From positions 3,100,001-3,164,000 of the forward strand of contig NC_043010.1 in assembly GCF_006345805.1 (NCBI RefSeq): a stretch of 64,000 bases of DNA. The letters run 5' to 3'. The notes beneath the pieces are model-generated. The model was not told the origin of the DNA. It saw only the letters and a program-made list of their open reading frames with translations, and ran no database searches. The position numbers and the translations under genes are program-made. This DNA comes from Octopus sinensis. Its lineage: Eukaryota. This document shows positions 12,402-25,283 of the stretch, one piece after another (position 1 is the stretch's first letter; each line of letters begins with the position of its first letter).

Positions 12402-13919
12402 TATATATATATATAAAGAGAGAGACACACACATAGATATGTGAAGCATGGAATAAACTGCCTGTGTCAGTTGTTGACTGCCATGACACTGCATCCTTTA
12501 AGGCCCTCATGCTTTCCGAAATCCGTCGAAACTACACCTGATTATATATGCACTTTAGATGAGTTGTAGTGCACCTGAGCACTGTACACAATGTTTATTA
12601 TTATTATTATTATTATTATATTTATGAATACATATGCACACACACACATACATATCCAAAATGGAGACAAATACCATTCCTCCATGTGATCGGCTTGAAA
12701 AATTCTTAGACTATTAAGATATTTTCCTATTTTGCTTAACATGAAGCCAATGGTATTCTTAATTCACAAATAAAGAAATTCAATTCAAAATGAGTGCAGT
12801 GTTGAGCACTCATTTTCATCTTTCGACTTTTCTGTATATGTATATATATACTTTATTTAATATATATATATATTCGACTTTTCTGTATATGTATATATAT
12901 ATATACACACAATATACACATATATATTCATATATATATATGCACAATATACATTTATGTGTATCAGGGTGACTTCTGCTATACATTTGAAGGTACATAG
13001 AATATATATTCTTTCTTACCAGCTGTTTCTCATCGTAATAAAAGATTTATATTAAAATCTGTTTGGATATTTGCACTTATTTATATATAACTTTGGTATA
13101 CATTGCTTATCTTGCATTTATGAAGATGATACCAGTGACATACATGCATTATTATATGCATACATACACTCATGTATATATATGTATATATATAGTATAT
13201 ATACATAAATATATTTAGACATATAAAAATATATACATATATGTATATCATATAAATGCATATTTTATGTATGTCCAACCCGTGCTAGCGCAGAAAACGG
13301 GCGTTAAACGATGATGATGATGATGATGATGATGATATATATATATATATATGTGGTTAGGGAGCTTGCTTCCTAGCTACATGGTTTCGGGTTCAGTCCC
13401 ACTGCGTGGCACTTTGGGTAGGTGTCTTCCACTATAGCCCTGAGTCGACCGAAGCTTTGTGATTGAATTCGGTAGGCAGAAGTTACTGCCGTGTGTGTAT
13501 GTGTGCGTATAGCTGCTCAGTGCCTCTCCGAAAGAGAGAGAGGGATATATATACACATACACACATATTCAAACATATGTGCATATGTCGATAGATGGAG
13601 TTTTATGCATTGTGTGTATGATGTTGTTGCATATATGTTATGTGTACCCATGTAAACATGCACACACAGACATCCAAACACATGCATATTCATATATGTG
13701 TGCATGTTCACATATGCTCACATACATCATACACACAATGCATTCTCATTCTCCATTTATCTCTTGGGAATACCAGTTATTCTCCCTTCTGTTCTCTTAT
13801 CTCTTAGCAATATTCCATCTTGCTTTCAGATTCACTCTTTCTCTGCAATAACATATCTTTTTTCTCTTCTTTCTCTCATTCTCTCTCCTTCTTTCTCTCT
13901 CTCTCTCTTTCTCTATTAG

Positions 13920-14238
13920 TTGTAATACAACTCACCACCACTCATAGCGAAAATGTTTAGCATGGAACCTGGAAGAAAACAAGTCACACACTATTCAGTG
14001 AAGAAAGAAATGTCTACAGTGATTTCACCTTAAGACCTTTGAGCCAGCTCAAAGTATTCCGTATTCCATATTCCAAAAAAGCCCTATTACATACAGCGAA
14101 CCATTTTATTTGCAATCCACAGACAAGACGTACTTTGGAAAATGCAAGTCTCAGCTGGACCCAGTTCACTTTTGATACTATATGGTCGTGGAACATGCAA
14201 TTATGTTCATTGAGTAGAAGGCCAGACACAATAACTTG
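13920..14238 (+). other. Candidate (probably non-coding/UTR) host exon
   Basis: Unique-looking sequence after a long polypyrimidine tract ending CTATTAG (13919), with a donor-like T|GTAAGC at 14239. All three frames have an early stop counted from the acceptor. Confidence 0.25.
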
Positions 14239-14510
14239 TAAGCATTCGTTAATGCCATATTGCACAGACACGATTAGATCAAACTGGCAGTCACATTTCT
14301 TTCTTCCATTTCAACTGTTCTGCATATTGAACTACGGTACTTGTCATGCTTCATATGGTTCCTTTATTAAAAGGAATTGTTGTTGGCTAATTGACTTATT
14401 GATTACCTATAGCTTAGGTTACAAACAAAATCATATTTGCATTAATGTATTATCCCTGCATAATTTTTTTTTTATTTACTTGCATATTTTTGTTTTGTAA
14501 TATACACACA

Positions 14511-14547
<37 letters not shown>

Positions 14548-14595
14548 CATATATAATATATATGTATGTATCTTTATATATATGTATATATATAC

Positions 14596-14701
<106 letters not shown>

Positions 14702-15599
14702 TTAAATATACATATTATATTATAGCATGTCCATCACACCTGAACAGACGCCTAAATGCTTTGTGACAAATCATGGCAGTAATCTAATATATTGTGTAGT
14801 TGCACAGAAGTTCTAAATAATCAATTGGTAAGTGTTGATACAGTTTCACACATTTATATGGGTGTGAAGATTTATAGTGCCTGTGTATGTCTGTGTGCGT
14901 ATATATTCATATATGTGTTTTCATATCTGTGTATGTATATATGTGCGTATACATATATGTATATATGTATATGTATGTGTATGTATATATGTGTGTGTGT
15001 TTGTGTGTGTGTGTATGTATGTATATGAAAGAGAGGAGGGAAGAAAGAGACACGTGCATGCATATATGCATATCAGTATCTTGATGCATACGTACTTAAA
15101 TGAAAGTAATTGTATTAATAAATGTATTAATGCACGCACATACCTGTGTGTGGTGGGTGTATGCGCAAGTGTGCATGTCTATGTGCAAGTGTGCAGGTAT
15201 ATGTGCAAGTGTGTGTGTGTGTGTGCATAACTTTTGCTGATGTATATCAGCAAAGGCTGTGAAAATCATCCAGGGAAGTGAAAAACTAATACTTCACAAA
15301 CAAAATCCCTTGCAGTATTTGTTCTGTGCTGAGTTACAGATACTTCCTTGTCACTCTTGCTGACAGAAATGCTGGGATTTGCACATTGGAAATCTGTAAC
15401 CAGATACTTCTGTTCAGCAATGGTGACATAAAATTTCACACACACACACACACAGATAGGGTGTGGTGAATGAATTGTCGTCCAGATTACACAAAAATGA
15501 AAATAAAACTGACATACCATTTTAACAGATATATTTACCAAAATTACACAAAAAAATCTTGAAATATTAAAGAGTAAATCTATTCAATAAAATCACTTT

Positions 15600-16065
15600 T
15601 GGGTTCAGCCACATGACTTTAGAATCTCCTGCAGCTCTTCTGGACGGTCTCCTTGTTTAAGTTGGTGGATGCTGTCCTAATCCTTGCCTGGTGTTACAAG
15701 GAGTTTTGTTGGCCTCTCGCTCGACTGCACCCCAAACATAATAATCAAGCGGATTGCAGTTTGGGAAATTAGGTGGCCAGATTTTAGAGGTGATGGAGTT
15801 GAAGAAATTGATACAGGCTTCTGTGTTGAGTGTATGGGAAGATGAATGGAGGTATAACTTTGCCATCTCTAGTGATCACTCCAAACACCGTGATGTTGAC
15901 TGGATGTTTGATTTTTATCCCTAGCGGTACATGTTTTGGGGTCTCTGACACCCAACACTCTGAAATGTTCATATTGGAGCTTCCGGCATGAATGCCAAGC
16001 AGTACAGCAAAATTACACAAAAGCAAAAATATAAAATGACGACAATTTACCCAGTGTACCCTGAA
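15600..16065 (-). mobile_element. Tc1/mariner-superfamily transposase remnant (maT/DD37D-like C-terminus)
   Basis: WPPNFPNCNPLDYYVWGAVERE motif (degenerate WPPxSPDLNPLDY) in ORF 15657-15866. Confidence 0.75.
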
Positions 16066-16230
16066 TACACACACACACACGTATATATAGGTGTGACTGT
16101 GTGGTAAAAGATTTGCTTCCCAACCACATGGTTCTGGGTTCAGTACCTCTGTGTGGCACTGTGGGCAAGTGTCTTCCACTAAAGCCTTGTGAGTGGATTT
16201 GGTTGACAGAAGCTGAAAGAAGCCTGTTTA

Positions 16231-16287
<57 letters not shown>

Positions 16288-16295
<8 letters not shown>

Positions 16296-16670
16296 TTAAA
16301 ATTACTAAGTCTCTATGAAAGAGATTATGGCAGCGTTTACTGGAAATTAATTGTTATCGCCATATTAATATGACATTCTTATAGATATAAGAATAATCGC
16401 TGAAACTAGGTAAATATAAGCCTTCGAACAGAGACGTCAGTGGCGACACCTGCGGGTCTGACTGTGCTACATTGACAAGGGGCAATACCCCGAAACGCGT
16501 CTGTAGCTGTCGGTCTGGCAGTGTGAAGCGGCTGACCTCCCTTGTTCGAAGGTTATAATGGATACAGATCGTGTATCAATAGCTATCTTGACGGCGGTGG
16601 CCTCATGGAGCTGACCATGGCAGCGATTATTCTTATATCTATAAGAATGTCATATTAATATGGCGATAAC

Positions 16671-16675
<5 letters not shown>
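16288..16675 (+). mobile_element. Fold-back, hammerhead-containing insert in the (TA)n linker of a family-A SINE
   Basis: Perfect 55-bp inverted arms 16348-16402 / 16621-16675; SINE halves at 16090-16230 and 16830-17030. Confidence 0.8.
16466..16507 (+). ncRNA. Minimal type-I hammerhead, U3-A8 core variant
   Basis: GCTACA-TTGACAA-GGGG CAATA CCCC-GAAA-CGCG-TC-TGTAGC: perfect stems I and II, palindromic ACGCGT, GTC cleavage triplet. Confidence 0.8.
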
Positions 16676-16725
<50 letters not shown>

Positions 16726-16753
16726 CACATATTCATATACATATACATATACA

Positions 16754-16789
<36 letters not shown>

Positions 16790-17654
16790 TGTATGTATGT
16801 ATCTGTGTATGTATGTATGTATCTATGTATGTGTGTCCCCATCACCACTTGACAACTAGTGTTGGTGTGTATACATCCCAGTAACCTAGCAGTTCAGCAA
16901 AAGAGACCGATAAAATAAGTACTGGGCTTAAGAAATAAATCCTGATGTCAATTTGTTGAACTAAAACCCTTCAAGACACTGCTCCAGCATGGCCAAAGTC
17001 AAATGACTGAAACAAGTAAAAGAATAAAAGAATATATATATATATGTATGTGTATGTATGTGTGTATATATATATATGTATGCATATATACATATCTTTA
17101 GATGAAATTATTGAGTTTATGTATAAATTACGACACAGCAGTGTGGATGAAATTCATTTTGGCACCTTGGGTAAGTATTTTCTGCTATGGTCTCAGGCCA
17201 ACCATAGCCTTGTGTGTGGATTTGGTAGATAGAAACTGAAAGAAGCCTGTTGTATGTTTGTGTTTGTCCAGCACCACTGCTTGACAACCAGTGCTGCTGT
17301 GCTTATATACACATAACTTAGCATTTCAGCAAAAGTGACTGATAGAATAAGTGAGCAACAATAAGAACTGGGGACAATTTGTTTGACTAAAATTCTTCAA
17401 GGTAGTGCTTCAGTATAGCTACAGTTTAATGAGTGAAACAAGTGAAAGATTTAAAGATAAAAGATAAAAGACACACACAGACATACACACATTTGCACAC
17501 ACGCACACACATGCACATGCTGCATACACACACGTGCACATACACACACCAACACACACACTCACAGGCACACACACACACACTCACCGACACACACACA
17601 CACACACACACATACACACTCACACACAGACACACACACACACACACATACACA

Positions 17655-17692
<38 letters not shown>

Positions 17693-18153
17693 TATATTAG
17701 AGAATAGAAGATTGGAATGTGTCATGCCATGGGTTTAGATGTTTCCTCAAAAAATGAACAGTGTGTCCCAAAACCAGCTCCAACTTTGCAAATGATGCTG
17801 AAAAAGCTTGCGTTTCTAGTTTTATTCTTTTAATTTTCCATATTCAGTGAATCATTTTACAGCAAGACTAAATTTGATACAATCAAATAAATATAGTTTA
17901 TGCATTAAATATGCTTTCAAATATTGAACTATTTTGTCTGTAACTGATCGATCAATACACATGAAGAGGGGCAAAACCACTGGTGCATGAATTTTCTATT
18001 TTCAATAACATAAAAAGTGGGTGGAGAACTGGACAAGAGTGATAAGAGAGGCAAACGAAAGAAGCAGGTTCTACATAGAAAGCTAGAGCGACAAAGAGCG
18101 AACAAAACGTCAGTGATACAATGGATGAGAATAAATATATGTGTATATATCTA

Positions 18154-18570
18154 CGCAGGAGTGGCTGTGTGGTAAGTAGCTTGCTAACCAGCCACATGGT
18201 TCCGGGTTCAGTCCCACTGCGTGGAATCTTGGGCAAGTGTCTTCTGCTATAGCCCCGGGCCGACCAATGCCTAGTGAGTGGATTTGGTAGACGGAAACTG
18301 AAAGAAGCCTGTCGTATATGTGTATATATATATATGTATATATGTGTGTGTGTATGTATCTGTGTGTCTGTGTTTGTCCCCCTAGCATTGCTTGACAACC
18401 GATGCTGGTGTGTTTACGTCCCCGTTGCTTAGTGGTTTGGCAAAAGAGACTGATAGAATAAGTACTGGGCTTACAAAGAATAAGTCCCGGGGTCGAGTTG
18501 CTTGATTAAAGGCGGTGCTCCAGCATGGCCGCAGTCAAATGACTGAAACAAGTAAAAGAGTAAAAGAGTA
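18154..18570 (+). mobile_element. tRNA-derived SINE family A (two halves joined by a TA/TG microsatellite linker)
   Basis: GCAGGAGTGGCTGTGTGGTAAG...GGTTCAGTCCC...GGAAACTGAAAGAAGC-(TA/TG)n-...CATGGCCGCAGTCAAATGACTGAAACAAG(TAAAAGAG)n; many near-identical copies in the window. Confidence 0.9.
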
Positions 18571-19089
18571 TATAAGTGTGTGTGTGTATATAACATATAT
18601 ACACACAGATGCTCACACACACACATATATGATGGGTTACTTTCAGTTTTCGTCTGCCAAGTCAACTTGCAAGGCTTTGGTCAGCCCAAGGCTATAATAG
18701 AAGATAGTTGCCCAAGGTGCCACACAGTAGGACAGAACCCATAACTATGTGGTTTGGAAGGAAACTTCTTAACACACAGCCATGTATATATGTATATATA
18801 GGTGTAGGAGTGGCTGTGTGGCAAGTAGCTTGCTAACGAACCACATGGTTCTGGGTTCTGTCCCACAGCGTTGCACCTTGGGCAAGTGTCTTCTGCTATA
18901 CCCTCGGGCCGACCCAGGCCTTGTCAGTGGATTTGGTAGGCGGAACATAACGGGAGACAAAATACGGCTACGTTTTTCGCCCGGCGTGCTAACGTTTCTG
19001 CTAGCTCGTTGCTTTCAGTATTATCATTTCCATGTCTTACCTCATCTGTTGTCATGAATATTGGATGATAACTGAAAGAGTTTTATCAC

Positions 19090-19340
19090 TGAAATGGGGT
19101 TTCTCCTAAGGATCTTTGCTGTAACGTTACTCAACAGGGTACTTAGCTGAAAAGTCAAAGTGTCACTTCAGGTGAAGTCACTATTTCTCTACATTGAGAA
19201 GTCACAGTTTCCATGCTGTGGACATATAGTTAGAAGACAGATTCTTCAAGCTGAGCTGTCTGGTGGGAGACCTCAGGGAAGAGCTCAAGGAAGATGGTTG
19301 GATTACACCCGTAGTATCAATTGGTCCCTTTTGGGAATCC
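19090..19340 (+). mobile_element. Degenerate RTE-type LINE 3' coding remnant
   Basis: IEKSQFPCCGHIVR...GRPQGRAQGRWLDY resembles the RTE C-terminus (LRWFGHV.R...GRPR.RW.D). Confidence 0.5.
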
Positions 19341-19933
19341 AGCAGGGAAACGTAATGATGATTGTTTCTGAGAACTCTCTCTCCATGACCCTTTCAGAAA
19401 TAGGGGGCAGAGAAAATGGGTGGACATATCGTTTTCATCGGCATCATTTTTATAACATCCACTTTTCCTTGCTGGCATGGGTCAGACTGAATTTGTTGAA
19501 GCATATTGTCTACTGCTGTATACGGTTCCTATTTCCAGCCCCCATCTGCTTCATGGTCACACTTGTTCTCATAGAAGATTAGACATGAAGCATACTGCTT
19601 ATACAACAATGATGAATATTTTCAACCCTCACATGATGTCATGACAAGGCAGCAGAAGCACCCCCCCACACATATACATGTATATTTATTTATAGAACCG
19701 GCTTCACACATTTTCCTAACTACCAAATCCACTCACAAGGCTTTGGTCAGCACATAGCTATAGCAGTAGGCCCATCCTCAAGGTGTGACACAGTGAGATT
19801 GGACCTGAAACTATGTGGTTGATAAGTATACTTCTTAACCAGACAACCGTGTCTGCAAATAATCATCATCATCATCATCATCATCGTTTAATGTCCGTTT
19901 TCCACGCTAGCACGGGTTGGACAAGAGAGAAAG

Positions 19934-20053
19934 ACGTTTACAGCACCTAGATTTCCCAAGCAGTCACCCATCTAAGTACTAACTAGGCTCGACTTTGCTT
20001 AACTTCGGTGATTGGACGAGAACCGGTGTTTTCAAAGTGATATGGCCGTAAAC
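19934..20053 (-). rRNA. Solitary full-length 5S rRNA gene or retrocopy
   Basis: Reverse complement GTTTACGGCCATATCACTTTGAAAACACCGGTTCTCGTCCAATCACCGAAGTTAAGCAAAGTCGAGCCTAGTTAGTACTTAGATGGGTGACTGCTTGGGAAATCTAGGTGCTGTAAACGT: eukaryotic 5S with box A/IE/box C and closing stem GTTTAC/GTAAAC. Not in a tandem array; only a T3 run downstream. Confidence 0.9.
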
Positions 20054-20684
20054 TAATTACTGGTATCTATTGATCATCACAAATTTTACTTGTTAACTAG
20101 AATATGCTTCATTGATGAGATCCAATAAGACCTAAATATGACTGTTTCTACCGGCACAAATCCACGTCAATCTATGTAGTCTATTTATCCACAAATTTCA
20201 ATTAGCTGGTCTTAATGGAGTTAGCTCCCTTGCTTGTTATTCATAGATATAAAAAAATTCCCAAGGGGGAATCTTAGTCTACTAATTGCCTAGATAACCT
20301 GAACTGACAGAGACGTTGTTATCTGTGTATTTAGTATTCAGAACACTTCCCTGGGAGGGATTTTACCTCAGCTCTATGATTAATAGTAAGTGGCATAATT
20401 GTTTGTGGGCCAGACAAAAATAAATAAATTGCTATATTTAATTACATTTTTTTATCTTTTACTTGTTTAAGCCTTTGAACTGCAACCATGCTGGGGCACC
20501 ATCTTGAAGGGATTTAGTTGAGCAGATTATTTTCTGTACGTGTGGTATTTATACTATCAGCAGATGTAAACAAACCAGCACCAGTTGGAAAGTGGTGGCG
20601 GAGAAACACAGACACAAAGGCATATATACTTACATACCTACACACACACACACACACATACATATATACATATATAACACCACA

Positions 20685-20905
20685 GAGCTGGCAGAAACGT
20701 TAGCACGCTGGGTGAAATGCATAGCAGTATTTCGTCTGCCGCTACGTTCTGAGTTCAAATTCTACCGAGGTCGACTTTACCTTTCATCCTTTCGGGGGTG
20801 ATAAATAACGTACCAGTTACGCACTGGGGCTGATGTAATCGACTTAATCCCTTTGTTTTTGTTTGTCCCGTCAATGTTTAGCCCTTTGTGGGCATTAAAA
20901 GAAAT
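20685..20905 (+). mobile_element. SINE family B
   Basis: Same consensus as 25380-25606. Confidence 0.85.
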
Positions 20906-21614
20906 ATATATAACACCACACACACATACACACACACACACATACATATATACATATATACATATATAACACCACACACACACATATGTACATATATAAC
21001 ACCACACACACACACACACACATATGGCTGTGTGGGAAGGACTTTGCTTCCCAACCACATGGTTCTGGGTTTAGCCAGGCAAGTGTCTTCTATAGCCTCA
21101 AGCAAACCAAACCCTTGTGGGTGGATTTGGCAGATGGAAACTGAAAGAAGCACATCATGTGTGTGTGTCTGTCTGTCTGTCCCCAACTACTGCTTGGCAA
21201 TCAGCGTTAATGTAGCTTAGTCGTTTGGTGTAAATAAATACTGGTGTTGAATCATTTCATTCGAGTTCTTCAAAGCAGTGCCCCTGGGTGGCTGCAGTTG
21301 AATGACTGAAAGAAGTAAAGGTCAAAAGATATATATATAAAGATATATCTTTTATCTTGGCTGTGTGTGATAAGAAGCTTACTTCCCAACTACAGGGTTT
21401 GGTGGTTGCAGTCCCATTGCAGGGTACCTTGGGCAAGTATCTTCTATTATAGCCTCGGGCTGACAAAAGACGTGAGAGTGGATTTGGTAGATGGAAACTG
21501 AAAGACGCCTGTTGTGTGTGTGTGTGTGTGTGTGTACGTGCGTGTGTGTGTGTGTGTATATATATGCATATGTATGTATTGTGTTATTAATTTTTAATGT
21601 GTATATATGTGTTT

Positions 21615-21646
<32 letters not shown>

Positions 21647-21726
21647 TGTATATATCTATATGTGTGTGTGTGTGTGTTTGTCTGTATGTATATATCTATA
21701 TATATATATATCTACATATATATATA

Positions 21727-21769
<43 letters not shown>

Positions 21770-21771
<2 letters not shown>

Positions 21772-21930
21772 TTAATCCAAACGGGAAAACAAAAAAAACA
21801 ACAACACGTGGAACAATTAAAGTATTATTATTAGGCGCTCAGGAAAAATGGAAGAAGGAGGGTATGACGTTTCGAGCGGAGCTCTTCGTCGGAAACATAA
21901 GAGAAGGAAGAAAGAAGAAAGAAAGATCCC
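21770..21930 (-). mobile_element. PLE pLTR fragment with degenerate hammerhead (21862-21896), next to (TA)n
   Basis: - strand GTTT-CCGACGA-AGAGC TCC GCTC-GAAA-CG-TC-ATAC; core has U4->C and stem I has a mismatch. Confidence 0.55.
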
Positions 21931-21961
21931 GATGTATGCATATATATATGTGTGTGTGTGT

Positions 21962-22253
21962 AGGCCAGTACCCACTGACTGGCTCCTGTGCTGGTGGCAC
22001 GTACAAAGCACCATCCAAATGTGATCGTTGCCAGGCCATCCTGACTGGCTCCTGTGCCAGTGGCACATAAGAAGCACCCATCACACTCTTGGAGTGGTTG
22101 GTGTTAGGAAGGGCATCAAGATGTAGAAACATTGCCAGATCAGATTGGAATCTGGTGCAGCCGCTGACTCTCTGGATCTCAGTCAAACCATCCAACCCAT
22201 GCCAGCATGCCAGCATGGAAAACGGACATTAAATGATGATGATAATGATGATG
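21962..22253 (+). mobile_element. RTE 3'UTR fragment (family C)
   Basis: Family-C motifs and (GAT)n tail. Confidence 0.8.
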
Positions 22254-22639
22254 TGTTGGTCTTTGTGTCTGTGTTTGTCCACTTGCCACTGCTTGACAAC
22301 TGTTGTTGTTGTATTTAGGTCCCTGTAACTTAGCAGTTTGCAAAAGAGATCGATAGATAAGTACTAGGCTTAGAATATAAGTCCTGGCCACGATCAAATG
22401 ACTGAAACAAGTAAAAGAATAAAAGAATATATATATGTAGATGTATGTGTCACTCCTTGTTGTCTCTTTAGGAATATGAAGTTACTAGGAGGAGTGGATT
22501 CCCAGTCCCCTTGCTCCCACCCCTTGTAGTCACCTCTTATGCCATTCAGGGAATATGGCAACTGCAGTCTACCGGTCCCCACCACCCAGTCACAGGGGGG
22601 AACCAGTAGAATGCAGTATGTATGACAGCGATTGAATGT

Positions 22640-23970
22640 TTGTTATATGACTGGAAGAATACTAAAGGACTGGTGCAGAGCCTGTATAGTGCCACTGTAC
22701 AAAGGGGAAAGGGGATAAATGTGAGTATGGAAATTTTAGGGGTATAAGTCTGTTGTGTATGGTTGGTAAACTGTATGGGAGAATTCTGATTGTAAGGGCG
22801 AGGAACCAGGCAGAAAGTGTACTAGGGGAGGAGGAGTGCAGTTTTAGGAGTGGAAGGTAAGCCAGATGTGAGAAGGTTTTGGTAAAAAGGAAGGATGTGC
22901 ATTGGGCCTTTATGGACCTAGAGAAGGCATATGACCATGTGGTTAGGGATGCAATGTGGCAGGTAAGGAGTAGATGGTGGATTGTTGAGAGCTGTACAGA
23001 GTTTTTATAGAGAAAGTAGGGTGTGCATTAGGGTGGGTGGTGAAGTAGGTGAGTGGTTTGATGTGAAGGTGGGTTTAAGACAAGGTTGTGTGTTGTCTCC
23101 ATGGCTGTTTGATCTATATATGGATGGTGTGGTGAGAGAGGTAAATGCTAGAACTTTTGGTAGGGGAAACCAAATGGTGGGCAAAAAGTGGAGAGAATGG
23201 CAAGTGAGTCAATTGTTGTTTGCTGATGATAGAGCACTGGTGGCGGATTTGGAAGAGCAACTGAGGAGACTGGTGGTGGAGTTTGGAAGAGTGTTTTGAG
23301 AGTAGGGAACTGAAAGTGAAAGTAGCTAAGAGTAAGGTGATGAGATGTTCAAGAGATGGAATGTCTGGTAGGATGGATGTGAGTATAAATGGTGAGGTGT
23401 TAGAGGAGGTGGGTGTTTTTAAGTACCTTGGATCATATGTGACGATGGCTGGGGTGGGTGGCTGAGGAATTGGGATATAGAGTGAGGGAGGGGAGGAAGA
23501 GACTTGGAGTTGTGAAAGGTGTGCTGAGAGATAAAAGGTTGAGTATGAAAGCTAAAAGAGGTGTGTATGGGGTCGTGATTGTGCCGACAGTGTTGTATGT
23601 TGCAGTCGGGGGGTGGGGCTGAGAGATGCAGAAAGGAGGTGAGTAGATGTGTTTGAGATGAGATATTTGAGGGCTATGGTTGGTGTGACATGGATGGAGA
23701 GGATGAGGAGGTGTGAAGGGGAGCAGGAATTAGAGAAAAATTGACAACCAAAATGGATAGACGAATGTTGAGGTGGTTTGGCCACATGGAGACAATGGAT
23801 AAGGAGTAGATTTTAAGGAGGATGATGAAGGCAGAAACCAGAGGCAGACCTCAGTTTGTGTTGATGGATGAAGTGAGGAAAGCTTTGGTGGTTAGTGGTG
23901 TTGGAGTGAGAGAGGCGAGCGGGTTTGTAAAGGATAGGAAAGCTTGAAGAGTATTTGTGGATGTATGAGT
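22640..23970 (+). mobile_element. RTE-clade LINE RT pseudogene (5' truncated, many stops and frameshifts)
   Basis: IVPLYKG, FRGISLL, FMDLEKAYD, VGLRQGCVLSPWLF, LLFADD, FKYLGS, LRWFGHME motifs. Confidence 0.9.
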
Positions 23971-24461
23971 AAATTTGATGTGGCTCAAAGGGGTCTGGAA
24001 CCAGTATGATACGGCAGGGACATACCAGCACATGCTGTTGGGCCCCACTGCTGATATTGGGGGTTGCGTTCTGTGCCCTAACCCAAGCATTGGATGGGGC
24101 TCACCTCTTTGAGCTGGGAAATGAATGGAATGCCTAGTGTGTGTCTTTTTGTGGCTACCCCCACCTAAAAAAAAAAGAATGGGAAATAGGTCTTGGTATA
24201 TGTATATATATAATATATGTATGTGTGTTTGTGGTTGTGTTTATCCCTCACACTTCATGAGAACAGGAGTTCGTTTGCTACATAAATGTTACTCCCTGTT
24301 ACTTAACAGTTTGGCAAAAGAGAACGACAGAATTAGTGCCAGACTTCAAAAATTAGCACTAGTATTGCTGTTGACTTGTTTGACTAAACCTTTCGAGTTG
24401 GTGCCCCATTCTGTTTGCTGGCCAATAACTAAAACAAGTAAAAGAACAAAGATTAACAGAA

Positions 24462-24625
24462 GCGCAGGAGTGGCTGTGTGGTAAGTAGCTTGCTTACCAA
24501 CCACATGGTTCCGGGTTCAGTCCCACTGCGTGGCATCTTGGGCAAGTGTCTTCTGCTATAGCCCCGGGCCGACCAATGCCTTGTGAGTGGATTTGGTAGA
24601 CGGAAACTGAAAGAAGCCTGTCGTA

Positions 24626-24674
<49 letters not shown>

Positions 24675-24885
24675 TTGTATGTTTGTGTGTCTGTGTTTGT
24701 CTCCCTAGCATTGCTTGACAACTGATGCTGGTGTGTTTATGTGCCCATCACTTAGCAGTTCGGCAAAAGAGATCAATAGAATAAGTACTGGGCTTACAAA
24801 GAATAAGTCCCGGGGTCGATTTGCTCGACTATAGGTGGTGCTCCAGCATGGCCACAGTCACATGACTGAAACAAGCAAAAAAGAG
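24462..24885 (+). mobile_element. SINE family A
   Basis: Full-length match to 18154-18570. Confidence 0.9.
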
Positions 24886-25283
24886 AGATAAAAATATACA
24901 TGCGACATGCATGCATATGCGCGTGCACACACACACACACACAACCACACAAACACACACACAAATACACACACACAAACACACGCACAGGTAAAGAGAG
25001 AGGGGGAGGAGGGGAAGAGGAAGGAGGAAAGTGTACGAAGCGGATAAACTGCTGAAAACAGTCAAACACAGAAGCACCTGTTCAAAGTATGTGTATTGAT
25101 CTCTGCAGTTCGAATAAAAATTTCCAATTTCAGGCAGACGCGTGGAGACAGTCTGACATTCGGAGAAGGCGAATTCGACACCAAAATCAGCACGAACACA
25201 CAGACACAGGGAGAGACCCGTATAAGAATTGGTTAGGGGAAAGTTGTCTCCCTTGCAACGGACGCATCTTTTATAGGAATATT

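Noticed and set aside
15266-15541. 91-aa - strand ORF in unique-looking DNA
   Set aside because: No recognisable domain, weak splice signals, and it includes a CA repeat.
22640-23970. Idea that this RTE was horizontally transferred
   Set aside because: Cannot be assessed without database comparison; nothing in the sequence alone supports it.
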